From Lingula anatina (lineage: Eukaryota; Animalia; Brachiopoda), in assembly GCA_051362555.1 (NCBI GenBank), contig CM120648.1, positions 9,296,587 to 9,360,586 of the forward strand: a stretch of 64,000 nucleotides of DNA, given 5' to 3'. Every line of letters starts with the position of its first letter. Within the stretch, counting starts at the first letter, position 1. The notes below the pieces were generated by a model. The model made no database searches. It saw only the letters and a program-made list of their open reading frames with translations, and was not told the DNA's origin. The translations under genes were made by a program, and so were the position numbers. Shown one piece after another: positions 62,138-64,000 of this stretch.

Positions 62138-62474
62138 GTGTGTTTGTTTGACAGAACGTGTGTTGGTGTGTATGTGGAGGGGGGGGGGTGCATGCCATAC
62201 AACGAACCCACAAAATGCTTTGGTGGTCATTTTAATCGGTCATCTCAAAGTTTTTTTAAACTAAATTTCTTGAAACCACGCGCTGAGGATCATTTTGTAG
62301 GTGAGGAGTACTGCGAGAATGTCTCCGAATTGATAATGGGAGCATTTTGGCAACATTCTCCTTGCATTTTCATCCATGGCATGAAGAATGTAGTAGAAAC
62401 TAAATAAAGCGATTAAATGTTTATAAGAACACCGTTTCCATATATGGTCATTTTATCCTTAACTGGTTGTTAAG
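62044..62474 (+). other. U12-type (minor spliceosome) GT-AG intron, 431 nt, phase 2
   Basis: 5' site GTATCCTTT and branch site TCCTTAAC (62456-62463) ending 11 nt before the intron end, with no polypyrimidine tract. Its removal restores DWVYGYRG. Confidence 0.95.
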
Positions 62475-62624
62475 TTACGGGTACCGTGGTCATGACGCCC
62501 GTAATAATCTGTACGTGTTGCCCAGCAACGAGCTGCTGTATTACGTCGCTGCCGTCGCCATAGTTTACGACAAACAAAGAGAATTACAGCGACATTATAC
62601 TGGACACAACGAAGACATTTCTAG
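62475..62624 (+). CDS. DCX-EMAP: DCX-EMAP-like exon 7 ([49 protein letters not shown])
   Basis: Second half of the HELP motif, strongly EML-like. Donor GTTAGT, 150 nt. Confidence 0.95.
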
Positions 62625-62746
62625 GTTAGTGTGACAAAAGATAAACTTCATTTATATTTAAAACCAAGAGTGTAGATTTGACAACTTTTGAAATTTAAAG
62701 AAAATTCACAGTTATGTATGCCTGTATAACTTGTATCAAATTTCAG

Positions 62747-62816
62747 CATGGCGCTTCATCCAAACGAGACATACGTGGCAACTGCACAGCTAGCGGGCGA
62801 GACGGCTGACACGGCG
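62747..62816 (+). CDS. DCX-EMAP: DCX-EMAP-like exon 8 (SMALHPNETYVATAQLAGETADTA)
   Basis: Acceptor TTTCAG, donor GTATGT. Matches the EML LA.HP....IATGQ.AG segment. Confidence 0.93.
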
Positions 62817-63183
62817 GTATGTTTCTATACATAAAACATTGTAACATGGATTAAAAAAAAAAGATTACATTGATTTAAATTTCTTAATTGCCCCTTCGTG
62901 TTTATGTTATGTGGTTATTCAATTTTGGGTTTCAATACTTTGTCATATCTAATACATTATCCTAACTTCATAGCATACGAAACATTTTTTAAATTTGATT
63001 TCATTTAGTTCAAACATCTATTGGTGTTGAAAAGCAGCACAGAAATTAAAAAAAGACCTTAACATCTGGAAATAATATCTATATAGCTAAAACTGTGTAA
63101 ACGTCAATATGAAGATTAACTTTTTTGAAGCCATTCTGTATCTCCACCGTTTTTAATTTTGGTACATTTTGCTATTATTTCAG

Positions 63184-63285
63184 GCTCACATTCGCGTCTG
63201 GGACGTGCGTTCCCTATCGACCTATGCTATCATTGGTTTGGGTGTTTTCCAAGTGGGGTTGAGCTCTCTTGATTTTTCCGCGGAG
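63184..63285 (+). CDS. DCX-EMAP: DCX-EMAP-like exon 9 (AHIRVWDVRSLSTYAIIGLGVFQVGLSSLDFSAE)
   Basis: Acceptor TTTCAG, donor GTAAGA. WD40 pattern H.RVWD..SL.T...IG.G.F......L.FS. Confidence 0.93.
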
Positions 63286-64000
63286 GTAAGACAATATTGA
63301 CTAGTTTCCCGAAAAAGAATTATAATGTGGCCACAGAATAAAAAGAAGCAAATCTCAACGGACATTACTTTATTTTTAGTATATTCAGGACACTGCCGTG
63401 AAACATTGTATGCCTCTTTTAACTTAATTCACATCAGAGTCTGCCTCTGTATTGCTCTGGAAAACTGCATTCTTCTTACTTCTTCTTACTTCAACTGGTA
63501 CACACAAGGATGTGACCACCAAAAACTGTTCATTTATGCAAATCAAGGTCCTTGTGCAAATGAAGTGTAGTGGATGTGCTTTGTCAGCACACCTAATGCA
63601 ATAGTGACCACCTACTGACTATTTTGTTCTTACAAATGTAGCACCTTCGAAAAAACTACAACTGACATTTCACATTAAACAGAATAAAAATAAAATTTTG
63701 GAAGGCGTAAATAAAGGTATAAACAAATAATATACATATAAATGCAATTAATATGTTACAATTAATAAAAACATCTTTGCATTTTGGACTTTAAAGACAT
63801 TATTATTCCATTATATTTTTCAAACTACTAGTTTCGTTATTTAGAAAGACAGCCTTATGATACTTGTATATTTTTTCGTGTACGTGGTGTGCTGTGGACT
63901 CGTTTCATCTTCTACTCCATTGAAAATTTATGTTTTGCCCAATATGTTTATATATTTTTATGTTACTTTTGCAACCGCAAAATATTCATTCTATTTTCAT

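Larger units (their letters stand above)
52399..63285 (+). other. DCX-EMAP: DCX-EMAP-like gene (two doublecortin domains + HELP + WD40), 5' part, truncated by the window end
   Basis: Nine exons with consistent phases. DCX domains are in exons 2-3. The HELP motif [23 protein letters not shown] and the WD40 segments ([28 protein letters not shown]) are characteristic of the EML family. Confidence 0.88.

Noticed and set aside
61895-62407. 170-aa ORF reading through DCX-EMAP exon 6
   Set aside because: Only 61965-62043 is coding. The rest is HINE end, U12 intron and microsatellite.

Overview
This is AT-rich, intron-rich animal genomic DNA, not prokaryotic; the repeat repertoire and CpG pattern suggest an invertebrate, possibly a mollusc or other lophotrochozoan (inference). 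Two genes lie head-to-head about 2.9 kb apart. (1) A complete PDE9-family cGMP phosphodiesterase on the minus strand: 13 coding exons from 49491 to 2562, all GT-AG with consistent phases, 1638 nt or 545 aa. (2) The 5' part of a DCX-EMAP-like gene on the plus strand: acidic N-terminus, two doublecortin domains, HELP motif and first WD40 repeats, with 9 exons from 52399 to 63285, continuing past the window. Introns are filled with non-autonomous elements: Helentron/HINE-like elements carrying a 146-bp satellite, several palindromic MITE families, minisatellites and microsatellites. The most notable observations are a textbook U12 (minor-spliceosome) intron in the HELP motif, a MITE inserted inside a PDE9 splice donor that it regenerates, a decayed exon duplicate with mostly synonymous changes, a cluster of perfect TGACGTCA sites in the first DCX-EMAP exon, perfect DR1 motifs in a nucleosome-length transposon-borne satellite, and a sharp CpG transition between the two genes. 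I found no convincing wholly new multi-gene system. Exons were assembled by hand and no searches were run.
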